A stretch of DNA of 64,000 nt from Anthoceros angustus (taxonomy: Eukaryota > Plantae > Anthocerotophyta), in assembly GCA_010909165.1 (NCBI GenBank), contig VJWM01000044.1, positions 186,001 through 250,000 of the forward strand, given 5' to 3'. Numbering within the stretch: position 1 is the stretch's first letter; each line of letters starts with the position of its first letter. The notes under the pieces are model-generated. The model was not told the origin of the DNA. It ran no database searches and was given only the letters and a program-made list of their open reading frames with translations. The translations under genes were made by a program, and so were the position numbers. Below are positions 1-12,366 of this stretch, piece after piece.

Positions 1-1399
1 AGTAAATTTATCCAAACAGGAAATCACTCCTCTACCCTAAGGAAGGAAGTGCATAAGATCCAAATGGGTATTCAAGATCAAGCACATAGCTGATGGGAGT
101 ATAGAGCGATACAAGGCAAGGCTAGTGGGGAAGGGATATACACAAGTGCCAGGTATTGACAATATTGACACTTGCTCCCCTATTGCTAAGATCACATTCA
201 TTTGTATACTCTTAGCAATAACAGCTACCATGGATCTGGAGATACCCCACATGGATGTCCAATCTGCACTTACTTGGTATGTTAAGATTGACAAGTTCTT
301 CCAAGCTAGAGGTTTCAAGAAAACCAATGGAGATTGAAAAATCTATGTGAAGAGAGTGGCAGAGTCCATGATGATCATTGTTGTCTATGTAGATTTATGG
401 CTAACCCTGGACAACAGTAGTTTCAAGCTGTGAAGAGAATAATGAGGTACTTGAGTGGTACAAAGCATTAGAATTTGGTGTATCAACATGAACATCAACA
501 GGAAGTTCGAGCGGTAGGATATTGTGATTCAGACTGGGCACAAGATGTTGATAGTCGCAAGTCTACGATTGGATATGTGTTTATGTTGAATGAGGGAGCC
601 ATTTCTAGGAATAGTAGGAGACAACCTAATGTGGCTCTATCCTCTACAGAAGTATAATATATGTCAACATGCTCTGCAGTCATGGAGGCGATATGATTAC
701 ATAACTTACTAGAGGAGATGGGATTCAAGCAGAAGGAAGCAACAACAATCTTCAACAACAATCAAGGTTGCATCTTCTTAGCCAAGAATGTAACTTTTCA
801 TGCTAGAACCAAGCACATCGAAGTGAAACATCACTTTGTAAGAAAGAAGGTAAAGTCAAAAGAGGTAAAGCTAGAGTATTGTCCAACATGAGACATGCCG
901 GCAAATATTTTGACCAAAGGCTTGACTTTAGATAAACATGTTAGGTTTAGCAAGGTGCTAGGCCTAAGGGAACAATTTTGATATGTTGAGTGCCAGTGTT
1001 AGAAGTGATTTATTACAACATATCAAAATATGTTATGAAGAGTGCCCTAAATGCAGGTTATGAAGAGTGCCCTAAAAATAACAAACTTGAAAGTCATGCA
1101 TGTCTAGAAAGTATATTCTAGCAAGCCCAAAAGTAAAAGGCAAGTAAAGTGACTAGTAGGATTCAAGGTCAAGTAACCAATAGGATTCAAGGTCAAGTAA
1201 TCAATAGGATTCAAGATCAAGTGACCAATAGGATTCAAGGCTTGGACTATATAAGGCCAAGCCCACCTATATATGGGGTGTGGTGTGTGTAGGTGTGCAT
1301 ATAACTCATATTGTATGGGAGTGTTGTGTTCCTTCTTTATAAAGCCTCAGCTCTTCTCATTGTTTTCTATACTGCAAAGCATGAGTATCATCCACATCA
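1..1399 (+). mobile_element. Ty1/copia LTR retrotransposon remnant: deleted, stop-ridden RT/RNase H followed by the 3' LTR (about 997-1399)
   Basis: Translation gives [57 protein letters not shown] and HARTKHIEVKHHFVR, with internal deletions and stops. TGTTAG follows a purine-rich tract at 997, a TATATAA box lies near 1248, and the LTR ends in ..CATCA near 1399 (end approximate). Confidence 0.9.
1157..1240. repeat. 24-bp tandem repeat (about 3.5 copies) inside the copia LTR
   Basis: TAGGATTCAAGGTCAAGTAACCAA recurs with few substitutions. Confidence 0.85.
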
Positions 1400-1614
1400 T
1401 CAAAGGCAGTGTCCTAGAAAATGTCTCTTAGATATATGTCCCTATGCCAAGAAAATATCCCTTTGTCTTATGTCCCTACTCCAAGATTGGAGATACAAAA
1501 AATCCGACCTCCTTTTGATCCCCTTAGTCATATGTCCATACACCAAGATTGAAGATATAAAAAATCCGACCTCGTTTTGATCCTTCGCGATCTCCAAAGA
1601 CGCTGTCAAGGATA

Positions 1615-1750
1615 GTCTGGGACTAAAAAGCCATGGCCTACATTTCAGCAGCAGGCAATGTTTGAAAGACGAGTGCTCTGAAGTCTGGGACTAAAAAGCC
1701 ATGGCCTACATTTCAGCAGCAGGCAATGTTTGAAAGACGAGTGCTCTGAA
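1615..1750. repeat. Perfect 68-bp tandem duplication
   Basis: GTCTGGGACTAAAAAGCC...GAGTGCTCTGAA occurs at 1615-1682 and 1683-1750. Confidence 0.95.
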
Positions 1751-1807
1751 GCGCCGGTGCGTGTGCAAGTTCATCACATCACTGTGCAGATCGTGGTCAA
1801 TGCTCTC

Positions 1808-2695
1808 ATGAAGTGCCTAGGGCTGCTCACTTTCCTGACAACTACGTTCTTCAATAAGCTGTCTACTAGAGGCTAGGGCCCAGTGATCATCTGTTCCAAG
1901 TTCTTTTTAGTTCTCTTTTGTGCAGTGGTTGGACTTATCCACTCTCGGGGAGAACCGCCAGCCGATTGGGAACTTGTCTACAACGATGCTGCCATCTATC
2001 CCTACGCCTCCACTTTAAGATGCATCCCAGAATCTGGCAGTACTAGTATTCAAATTCGCACCTGCATGGCCACCGTACAGGTGTATTGCGCAGGCGCCTT
2101 CCTGCGAGTTTTTTGCGACACCGACCAGTTGCCGGAAGTGAAATCGATGTATGGCACCGGCAGTCGCAATTTGTAGATCTTTATTCACGTACTCGGTTCA
2201 ATTTCGAAATCAGGGTGGACATGTCAGTGGCAGCAGTAGTTGAGAAATCAACCTGCGTCCCTCTTGGCTACTACTAACCTGTGCGTGGTCCAAGTTGCCA
2301 AATGGTCGTGCCTTTTGGACAACCCCAATTTCGTTTTCGCCGTCTCCCAGAAGGGGAGCAGCAACCTATACTACTTCCAGTTCCACGCGTCCGCCCCATC
2401 GTCCCAGGCAACGTGCCTGGACAACCACTGCGGCTACCCGGGAGGGCACGTCATCCAATACCCCTGCTACTTTGACGGCAGCCAGGTGTTCCATCTCCAG
2501 AACGTAGGCAAGGCCCATGGTTGCCCCGATTATTGGGACGTTTTCCGCATAATCGGTGTCACGAACTCGTTTGGCCCGTGCCTCACCACCGGACCAGAGC
2601 ACATCAATAGCCAACTTTGCACCGCCTTTGTCACCGATCCCACACAGACTTTCCTCATCCGCCCCAATGCAGCCCGATTCAACTCCACCACTTGA
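1808..2695 (+). pseudogene. Probable secreted protein with a C-terminal ricin-B (R-type lectin, beta-trefoil)-like domain; one frame broken by three TAG codons
   Basis: ATG 1808 and ORFs 1883..2176 and 2240..2695 share one frame, with TAG at 1874, 2174 and 2237. The C-terminal part shows three ricin-B-like Cys-pair subdomains: NLCV..WSCLLDNPNFVF, TCLDNHCGYPGGHVIQYPCYFDGSQVF and PCLTTG..QLC..DPTQTF. A hydrophobic stretch lies near the N-terminus. Confidence 0.5.
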
Positions 2696-3691
2696 TCAAG
2701 AAACCGGCGCTAGCGGTGGAGCTTAACCGCTAACGTTAGGGTACAGCCTGGCCAGGGTTTGAATAGTGCAATGCACTGGGCTCCAGGCTCCAGGCTATAG
2801 ACCTATTATACGTGTTCGGTTTTCAGATAAGACTCTACGCTTTCTATTTGTAAGCCTTGTGGGTGTAGTGAGGTCTTGTGCTCTTTTCAGTTTTCATAGA
2901 CCTTTCAATGTGAAGGCAGTATTTGCAAAGATATTTTGCCTGTCGGTTTCCCCTTTCCTTTCACAAGGGGCAATATCCTTGCCAGTAATGCGACCCGGTG
3001 CTATGGGCCTTCACAAGTACAGAAATAGCATCCCTGTTTTCGCTATGGTTCAGAGCCTGGGAGCAAAGTCGCTGGACGACAGCTGAACTAAAACAGCAAA
3101 CCCCCAACCTACATTGATCCTCCGCTGTTGCACTCAGTGCTCTCCCGCCTAGCCAGGTAGCCTGAAGCTTGAGGGGTATTGAGATCGAGGTCTGTTTGTG
3201 CTGTTTGAGAATACTTCAAACATTCGACAGTCCACCGCCCAGTGCCGGAAAATGCAGCCCTGGGCGTAGAGAGCGTGGGGTCCAAAAGCCGGTCCCTTAC
3301 TTCACAGGCATGCTGCACTTGGGCATCCCTTCAGGGTAACGTTGATTCCATGAAGGGAACCGTTAATGCAATCAGGATACGAAAGTTTGTACTGGCCAGC
3401 ATTGCAAGGAAGGCCACTCGTTCAATTCGCAAACGATGGCAAACTTAGAATCATGAACCATTCCATAGAAAAGCCGATAGAAGTTGTGGGGCCACTTAGA
3501 CTTAAACGTCTTTCAACTCTACTAGGTAATATCTGACAAAATCCCATCGAGTGTAAGAAGTCAATACATGGAGCTAAATGTCTCCACACTTCAAATAGTG
3601 GGAAAAAAATGTCCAAAGTTTCCCAAGCTGGAGCGTCTGGCATATAAGAACCGACCAACCTCAATACTCATAGTACGTGTCCACGAATCCG

Positions 3692-5166
3692 TCAGGGCTT
3701 GAGAGCCAAAGCCAAACCAAGTTTCGCACTCTTGTCAAGGGCCTTAGTATCAACCTCTCCGGAGATGGTAACCAACGACTTAGGCCTGAACTCATGCTGC
3801 AGAAGAGCTGCCACTTTCCCGTGGTTGGTCGCCCGGGCTTTTGCCGTAGTCAAAGCATCCAACTCGTACAAGCCACCCACAGTGAAAGTGTTCTCTTTCT
3901 TCGAAAACTTGTGCGCAATTTCAACCGCAATTGTTGTCCGCGTAGCAGGACTGACGTTGTGCAAATACGAAGCCTTGAGTGTGTCACCTTTATCAGACCT
4001 GCACAACAAAACTTTCAGGCAATGAATCTCCACTTCCACCACCTAACCAAAAAGTAACGATGAATATCGACACCTATCCTTCCGAAATCCCGGCAGAAGC
4101 CATTCGGAAAACAGCCTCAATGCGTTCCATCAGTAAGGTACAGACTTACAGGACAAGGGCAGCACTGAAATCTGGTTTTGTGAATCCCAGGCCTGCGCTG
4201 TACTTCGTCAAGGTTGCTGAAGCAGTGTCAAAACCCAATTCTCCACCCAAGGAGAAACCTTCACTACCAACAGCTCCAGCAATATCCAAAACAGGGGCGG
4301 CGGTAAGGCCAACACTGGTGGCAATAGCCGCATAATCATGCGCATACTGAAGCTCCACCTGCACACAGCCACTTCACATAAATCAATACAGAAGGACTGG
4401 CAAGGCCTCTCAGCACTACCGACGTACTGCCTACAACCTCGGAAGAGTAACCAGGAGGAAAAATATCGCCGAGTATCAACAAATGGCATCTCAGGTCCAA
4501 CTGATATCAGACCTGAACCATGACATCGAGGAAAAAACTTCCAACATAGAATTGTTCCACGAGGTCATACCTTGCCAGACTTCTGGTCAGGAATAGTGAA
4601 AGTCACAATGGACTTGGCTCCTTGAGCAAATTCATCGATGGTAAGAGTGGTGTGGACCTGTCCAAACAGAAATTGACAGCCGTTTCAACTCCATCACAAC
4701 TGCTGCACACTGAAGCCCTTAGAGTGCAATATGAGAGGAAACCCTACGTTGGACTTGGTGTCGACTTTAATATCAGCCGTGAGGTTCTTGTTCTTGAACG
4801 AGGTATTCACATCACCATTGACAGCTTCCCCTTTCTTCAAAACCGTTGTTGTGAAAGACTGCACAACAAAAACAGCCTCATCTGAGATACTCTTCTAAAC
4901 ACCTCCAAAACGCGGCTTCCAACATCCCAAGCAACGTCCCAAGCTCACCAGCCCCGCAGAGGTTGTCGTGGTCACAGTAAACTTGTGATCATGATTGTAG
5001 TCCTTGTGGAGAATATCTGCAAGAGCCGGATGCGCTCAGATGGGATGCATGCAGCACATCCGGCCAGGGCTGAAAGATGAAATGATCGAGAGGCAAGAAG
5101 CGCGTGAGGAATCCAACCTTTGGCCTTCTTCCCAATGTCACCGAACAGCCCTGGACCCTTGCCCAT
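3692..5166 (-). CDS. VDAC: Voltage-dependent anion channel (mitochondrial porin), 276 aa; exons 5166-5118, 5016-4949, 4858-4748, 4657-4571, 4358-4150, 3998-3692
   Basis: MGKGPGLFGDIGKKAKDILHKDY start; KVELQYAHDYAAI; C-terminal KSLVTISGEVDTKALDKSAKLGLALALKP. All introns are GT-AG and the exons sum to 831 nt in frame. Confidence 0.97.
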
Positions 5167-5220
5167 GTCGGTAGGACGCTCTACGGCGAGACCTGGGGGT
5201 TCGCTAACAGCCGGCCAGGA

Positions 5221-5487
5221 GCTAGCTGCTTGCCAGAGCACAGCGCAGATCTACTGCTCGCCTCCCTCACGCAGGCGGAGAAGGGCCGGCTGCCCTAATG
5301 AGAAAACGGCGACGCACGTGAAAAGGACGCCGTCCTCCCTCTTTCGCGACACCTTCGGAGCGACCTGCGGGGTCGTTGGCAGACTGGCCACAAAGCTAAG
5401 CTGCTTGCCAGAGGACACTCCAGATCTGCTGCTCGCCTCTCTCTCGTATGGAGGTCGAGAAGGGCCGGCCGGCTGCCCTAATCAGAA
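5221..5487. repeat. Two diverged copies of an 85-90 bp unit just upstream of VDAC
   Basis: GCTAGCTGCTTGCCAGAG..CAGATCT(A/G)CTGCTCGCCTC..GAGAAGGGCCGG..CTGCCCTAAT(G/C)AGAA at about 5221-5304 and 5395-5487. Confidence 0.8.
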
Positions 5488-6687
5488 CAATGCATGAGGA
5501 CTGGAAGCAGGAGAGGAATCTTGTGGGATATCGGAGTACGTACAGTATGGTCAATTCAGAGCGTGGAGGTTACGATTATTTCTCTTACGCAATACATAAA
5601 ATGTTGATAATCAGTACTGTATGACGCACACTGTGCAAGGAAACAAGTAGAACAAGTAATTTGTCCCCCGGAAACAAATGGATTACCACGTCCTTAATCC
5701 CTGCCGGCAGCATACAGGAAGGTGTATCCTCTTCAAGGAATATGCCGCCAGTCTGTGACACCGCAGCACGACCCATACGAATGCCAGTCGACTCGTAAGG
5801 ACCGCCTACCTTTGCCTACCTTTTCCAGCCCTAATTTTCATTGCTGCTGTGTTCGCGTTCTGGCTTGGCTACTCATCGCCAGATTTGGCGGCCGAAGTTT
5901 GTGAGCTGCCGGCGTTTTCACGAAGGGATCAAGAAGCAGATATTTTGCTGATCTCGATTGATCTTCCGGAGCTCTGGATAGGAACATCTGCATTCGAGTC
6001 TTGTCGTCGTGGAAACGCACTAATTGACAAGGTTTGGTGTAATCAGTTAGCTTAATCTGTCGAATGCGAAGTCAGTCTGGGAAGATCTGCTTCACTGTCT
6101 TTCCCAGCAAGTGCCTTTTGCTAGTCACACTTTTGATTCCTCGCTTGCATCGTTTCAATTGCAGTCCTCGCTTCACCATGCCATTCTATCAAGTGAACAG
6201 CGGAGGGTGTCGAATATCGTGCAACGTGATGCAGACATAGACGTCCAAAGAAAACCTGCTTGATCCCACTGTGGAATCAGCGAGAACTCCTAGACAGAGA
6301 GGTAGACTGAACGTGGAGAGGCACCGCAACGTTCTTTGAATTCACCGTCCCCAACTGAGCCTATTACGTTCGCAGCTGTAATTAGAACATATGAAACAAG
6401 AGCTTGCATACAGTTTCCAAACATAATGGTAAGGATATACATTATGGATTCTTAATGGAATTGCAAGACCCTGTTTATTTCGTGGCAAATTCCCCGTCCT
6501 GGTGGTGGTGGTGGTTGTCATTGCATAAGGAAAAGAGCTTTTGGGAAAACGCTCGCCCGAGTCCATTTGGAAGACAGGGCCTTCTCATTAGAAGATCCTC
6601 GGCAGATACCAATTGAAGCACAATTTCCACAGAAAGTGCACGGTGAAAAGAGCAACCCACGAAGCAGGCTCTTCTTCGTATAATCCA

Positions 6688-6722
6688 TCCAATCCAATCC
6701 AATCCAATCCAATCCAATCCAA
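6688..6722. repeat. (TCCAA)n microsatellite immediately after the PDAT stop codon
   Basis: About 7 perfect units. Confidence 0.95.
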
Positions 6723-6730
6723 CGGTGCCG

Positions 6731-9390
6731 CTACACCTTCAGAGGGATGCGATCGGCCCACTTCTGGAGGTCAGAGTACAGACGGTCACCCCCAATTTCC
6801 TCTCCAGAAGCCCCTGCGACAATCCGCAAGACGTCGTCTAACAGACCGAAGTTCCCTAACACATCCACATGGCTGCCACTCTGCGTGCCACGGCCTTCCA
6901 AAATCATGTTGGAAGGGGGTGCATGGTCGTATTCTCGGACATAAGTGGCAGCCCCAGAAGGGTTGTACTTGGTTTTACCTCGCCATCCTTTGGCACACAT
7001 GAAGCCTGCACTCAAGGTGGGGACAGTCTCATCTCCGTCCACAAAATGCACACCACCCTTGAGGCATCCTTCGGAGTCGCCATCTGCAGATGTGTCAATG
7101 CGGAAAGGAATGTAGCACGTGTCGCTTGAAGGGGAAAGTTTGTATATGTAGGACCTCTCGGTGAGGATGCCTGTCCCGTACATGCAGAATACCTCCATTT
7201 CTGGAGCGTTCGGCAGCCTGCATGGACAGGAAGAGTTTCTTGTTGTCAATACAGCTGGACGGTGGTGATAAGAAAAGAAGAAGCTTGCATTGTGCGGCAC
7301 TTACGTGGTTTCCAAAGGATTCGACCAGTATTTGTGATGGTCATACTTGGAATCTGATGGATCCTCGGCGACACCATAAGACCAAGTGGCGTCTGCACGC
7401 TGCATCATCCTGGGAGCCACAACTCTGAGCAGATCCAGGATTGAGCTGGATGTGTAGATGCCATGATTCTCAACCGCCTGGATAACATCCCAGCTTATAT
7501 CATGGTATTCAGTCCAGACTTCTCCACAGGAAATGTTGGCTTTCCCAGTCACTGCGCCTGTCTTCACCATATCCTGCACATACCCACGTCCCTTCTTTAG
7601 ACAGGATAGCTCAACTTGTCTGTAAGGTGAGGTGAGAACTTGAGGATGTTAACTTTCACCTTAACGGCCTGAAGATCCCCTTTGAGCACATCCTTTGATG
7701 GGAGATGTGCAGCACTCTTCCCGAAGGACACTATTCGCCCATAATGTGGCAATGGCTTCCCGTGAGCTCCCACTGCGATCTGTGTGGAGTTGTCTACGGA
7801 GGTAACAGCACACTCGTGTGTCTCCTCGACCTTACTTTTCTTGAGAGCACAGTCATATCCCTCTTCAGGAGACCAGTCAGCCCCACCCCACACAACCTCT
7901 CCACCTCTTGGCAGCATAGACATGGTAGCATCCCAGGTTCGTGTTACACGCATCATATGTTGCAAAGTCTGGAGGCCAAACAGATCACTGTCCAACACTC
8001 CGGGTGCAATAGCCCTGTTCCAGAACAAAAGATTTCCCATAAACTCCCCGCCAGCGCTGCAGAAAAGCGAACAGTGAACCGTACTAACAATCCTCACCTG
8101 GCGACTGCAATGTCTTTGGCCTCAGCTGAGAAGAGCCCCGTGAACGCCTTAGGAACTCCCAGGAAGGGACCTCCGATGTTCAATATGGTCTTGAGGTACT
8201 TGGCACACCATGTGGGACCCCCTCCTCCTCCCATGGGAAGGGGAGCCTCAACCCACTTCATGAAATGCAGAAAGTAGAGCGAGCCCATGGAGTGCGGAAT
8301 GACCACCACCTTCTGCTGCTCGTTGGTATTATAGAGGAGCTCTATTGTGCTCTTCATCCGGCTCAGTGATCTGTCACGAACCTGCTCACATACCGTCGGA
8401 CAGAATCAATCAAAGCAGACCCAACACCACGCAGCTCACATCTTGCAAGAAGATCAAACGAGCTTCAGGAAGTGAAAGCGAAGCATGTTCCAGTACATGC
8501 CTCGGTGTTCTGAAACGATAAACGCCAGTCATAAGCTGCCATGTACAGTGATCGCTCCTCGTACCCAAGACGAGCCAGGTTTTCAATCAGCACAGCCCAC
8601 ACAAAATATCCAGGAGCAAAGTAGTCCGCCGCAACCAGCCCTGACACAGGCCTCACTCTAACCCCCTGGGGATCCAACCCAGTCTCATTGTTCAACTGCA
8701 TATGCTCCATCCAGCACTTGGGCCTGCCAAGCACCAACCACGGTACCGTCAACATCACACAATGCAGACCACAACTGCAAAGCTGCAGCTGCATGTCAAA
8801 GCTCCACCCCACATGCAGTAGCAGCTGCAACCTCAACAATTACACCTCTTGTAAACCTCCCCAAACGTGCCCCCCCACAGCCGCTTCCGGAACAGACCCT
8901 CCATGCAGGGATGCCCCTCCCAGAGCTCCAGGCCCCCAGTCACGATCCCTGGCACGAACACCACGGGATGCTTGGCCCGCAGCCCCTCCTTGGCCAGCCT
9001 GAGCCCCGGAGGATCCGGCAGCGGGCCCGTGATGACCTCAGTCACATACTGCGGCAGCGAAGGCAGCGCATTGTAGATAACCAGGATCAACCACCACGTG
9101 AAGCAGCCATACCCAATGAGCCAGCAGCAGGAATCCAGGCACCACTTCACCCCGCACTTCCTGCGGGGCTTTCCCTTCGACCCGGGCCCAGCCAAAGGCA
9201 CAGCCACTCCCTGCTGCTGCCCTTGCTGCTGAGGCTCCCCCTCCTTCCCCTCCTTCTGCTCCTGCTGCTGGGGCTTGGCCTCCTTGCCATTCCCAGCTTT
9301 GGGCTCCTTCGGATCTTTAGCCCCCACTGCTGCTCCCGCTTCTTGCTCCTTGTCCGCATTGTTCACCGAGCCCTTGCGCTTGCGCAACAT
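6731..9390 (-). CDS. PDAT: Phospholipid:diacylglycerol acyltransferase, 720 aa; exons 9390-8846, 8723-8501, 8381-8098, 8014-7660, 7573-7305, 7217-6731
   Basis: N-terminal transmembrane segment; HPVVFVPGIVTGGLELWEG; lipase box VVVIPHSMG; VDGDETVP; SHVDVLGN. The six exons sum to 2163 nt in frame. Intron 2 has a GC donor. Confidence 0.97.
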
Positions 9391-12366
9391 CTCCGCCGAT
9401 CCTCGTCACGCCAGCTGGGAACACGCAGATGTCAAGGCGCCCGCAGCTGCTGCAGGGAGGATGGACTCGCAGGGAAAAGGATGCGGCCCGGCCCGCATCC
9501 CGGCCCCGCCCCACATGGCAGCAAGCTGCCAATGCGAAGTTTTATATAGTCAGGGCGAGGGAGAGAGGCAGAGGAGGAGGGAGGGCAGTGGCACACACCG
9601 GCATCCGCCCTTACCGGACGTTGGACTTGGCATCACGTGTTAGCGCACACAACACGCCCCTGGTGGAGAACCCGGAAACAACCAAGACCCGAGCATTTCG
9701 GAATCCGTTTCCAGGTGAATCCAGAAGGTTTGAGACACGCGTCACTGATGCCACGTGAGCTTGTCTGCCTCCTAAACTCTGTTCAGGCAAGCAAGGAAAC
9801 GAAACGAAAAGGCAATCTCGGCCTATACGCTAGGTGTAGTCGAGGCCGGTTACAAAATGGACAGCGAGATAGGTGGGATAGCAGAGCGTAGGGTATTGGT
9901 ATCATGGAGTCGCTGGATGGAGAAAAGAGCAAAACTCCGTTGGTGTAGAAGGGGGCTAGCCATAATGTAAGTGGATTCGTTGCGAGGGGGGAGTAATGGT
10001 TGGAAAATAATGGCCATGATGGAATTGCTTTTGCCAATGGTGCTAGGACTTTTAAGTCTATGGTGCAAGATGTACCAAAATGATGCCCAACTCACTTTTG
10101 CATCTTGGTACGCTCTTACTTGGTGGAGAACTTATGTTCAGAGTACTGAGCAAGGTAATAGAGTGGAAACTATTTCCACCTGGGTAGAATTCAAAGATGC
10201 ACGGCAACTTCAATTCCAGCCAACTAATGCATCTATGCTAGCAAGAAGGATGCTAGAGAATGTGAAGCACACAGGAATGTTGCGGCAGTATGTGAGTGAA
10301 TTTAGCACAGCTGTGTTACAATGCCCTGATATGCAGGAGGTGGATAAGCTCCATAGGTTTTATAGTGGACTCAAGAGGTGGGCTCTGGATAGAATTCAGA
10401 TGACAAAACCTCAAACTCTGCGAGGGGCTATTGTAGCTGCAGATGCGATACTTGACACAAGTCGTGCCGAGGAAGCACCATTGTCTTTCAGAGGAAGGTA
10501 TCCAAGATCTTTTCAGGGAAGATCAAGAGGTAGAGGAAGAGCCACCAACACTGGGCATATTGGAACAAATGAAAATGTTGGTAGAGGCAGAGGAAGAGGA
10601 AGAGGAGCCAATAGAGGTCGTGGCCGTGGAAGCCAAAGGACGACAGGCCCTCAATTTGGTGCGTGCTTCAGTTGTGGAGAGCAAGGACATTTTGCGAAAG
10701 ATTGTCCGCATGCTGGGAATTCCCAACTGAATGTGATAGCCGCCAATCCTCAAGCTCCGGGACTTAGGATTCAGGAGCTTTCTGCAGAGCCCAAATGATG
10801 CCAGTGGCCACATGTTGTTGTGACAGCATGTGGTGAGTCATCTAGTGTCAAGGATGACACTATTTTGAGGGAAGGTGGAGCCCTTATGTATATATGTGGG
10901 AAGATGAATGGCTTAGAAGTAGAGTTATTGTTGGACTCGCCACCCACAATTTCATAACTCCTCGCAAGGCGAAAGAGCTTGGGCTAGAATGGGCTAGTAC
11001 TTCCGCGCCATATGGAATCAAGCAAGCTAAAGGAACTCTGCTTTTCTTGGGTGAATTGCATGGAGTAAAGCTGCAAATAGAAGCGTGGGAAGGATACATG
11101 AGTTTCACAGTTGTAGACATGGATGACCATGATGTTATCTTGGGTCTAGAGTGGATGAAATCCAATGAAGTGCGTGTAGATGTGAAGTCCCGCACCATTG
11201 AGATATTGAAGAATGGAAAGCACAAGGTGGTTTGTGCTAATCTTAGTCAGAAGCTTGAGATGTGCTCAGTACAGTTGATTTCAAAAGAGAGCTCAAGCAG
11301 GACATAAGACAAAAGAAGGAGCTTTATCTAGTTATGCTCCAGGATTAGAGGATGGTCTTGAGGAAGAATCCTCAGAACAGAAAGACATCCCGAAGGAATT
11401 ACAAGTTGTCTTGGATGATTTTAAGGATTTGATGCTTGATGAATTGCCACCTTTACCGTCTCACAGAGTAGTAAATCATGGGATTGAATTAAGGCCAGGG
11501 AGTACGCCTTCATCGAGAGCACCATATAGATTGTCGTAGGATGAGCTGCAGGAACTCAAGCGACAACTATCCAACTTGTTGGCAAAGGGATATATCAGAG
11601 TCTCGAAGTCTCCTTTTGGTGCGCCGGTATTGTTTACGCGCAAGAAGAATGGAGGACTAAGGATGTGTTTAGATTACGAGCTCGAATCAAATTACGATGA
11701 AGAATGCATATCCTTTGCCAAGAATGGATGATATGTTTGAGTTGAAGGGTGCCAAGTATTTCACCAAGCTAGATCGATGGCGGGTACTATCGATCGTAAT
11801 CGCAGAGGGACATGAGTACAAAAGCGACATGTAGGACCGTGTATGGGGCTTTTGAATTTGGTCATGCCATTTGGACTTACTAATGCACCGCCACATTTTA
11901 TACACTTATGAATACTATATTCATAGATCTCGTGGACAAGTGTGTTGTAATCTATCTGGATGATATTTTGATCTTTAGCCATACCTTGGAGGAACATGCT
12001 GAACACTTAAGAGAAGTGTTACAAAAGCTAAGAGAGAATTCTTTGTTCTTGGCAGTGTGACTTCGTCAAGACATAGGTAGCTTTCTTAGGCTTTATTATC
12101 TCTGCTGATGGCATCAGAATGGATCAAGATTGGCAACCTCCTAGGAACATTCATGAGGTTCGCAGTTTTATGGGTTTGGCTTTTGTGTGTAGGAGATTTG
12201 TACATATGTTTGCTAAGATAGCAGCCCCTATAACTGACCTCTTAAAGATGACGAAAGCTTGGAAGTGGGATGTTGAATGTCAAGCAGCATTTGAATACTT
12301 GAAGATGAAATTGAGCACAATTCCGGTTTTAGGAATGTATAATCCCAAGAAGGATGTGGAAGTGTA

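Noticed and set aside
1808-2695. TAG recoding or stop-codon readthrough / U-to-C editing
   Set aside because: Intact genes here (PDAT, the methyltransferase) end in TAG, and stop-removing editing is known from organelles, not nuclear genes.
2766-3450. ORFs between the lectin and the VDAC 3' end
   Set aside because: No recognisable motif in any frame.
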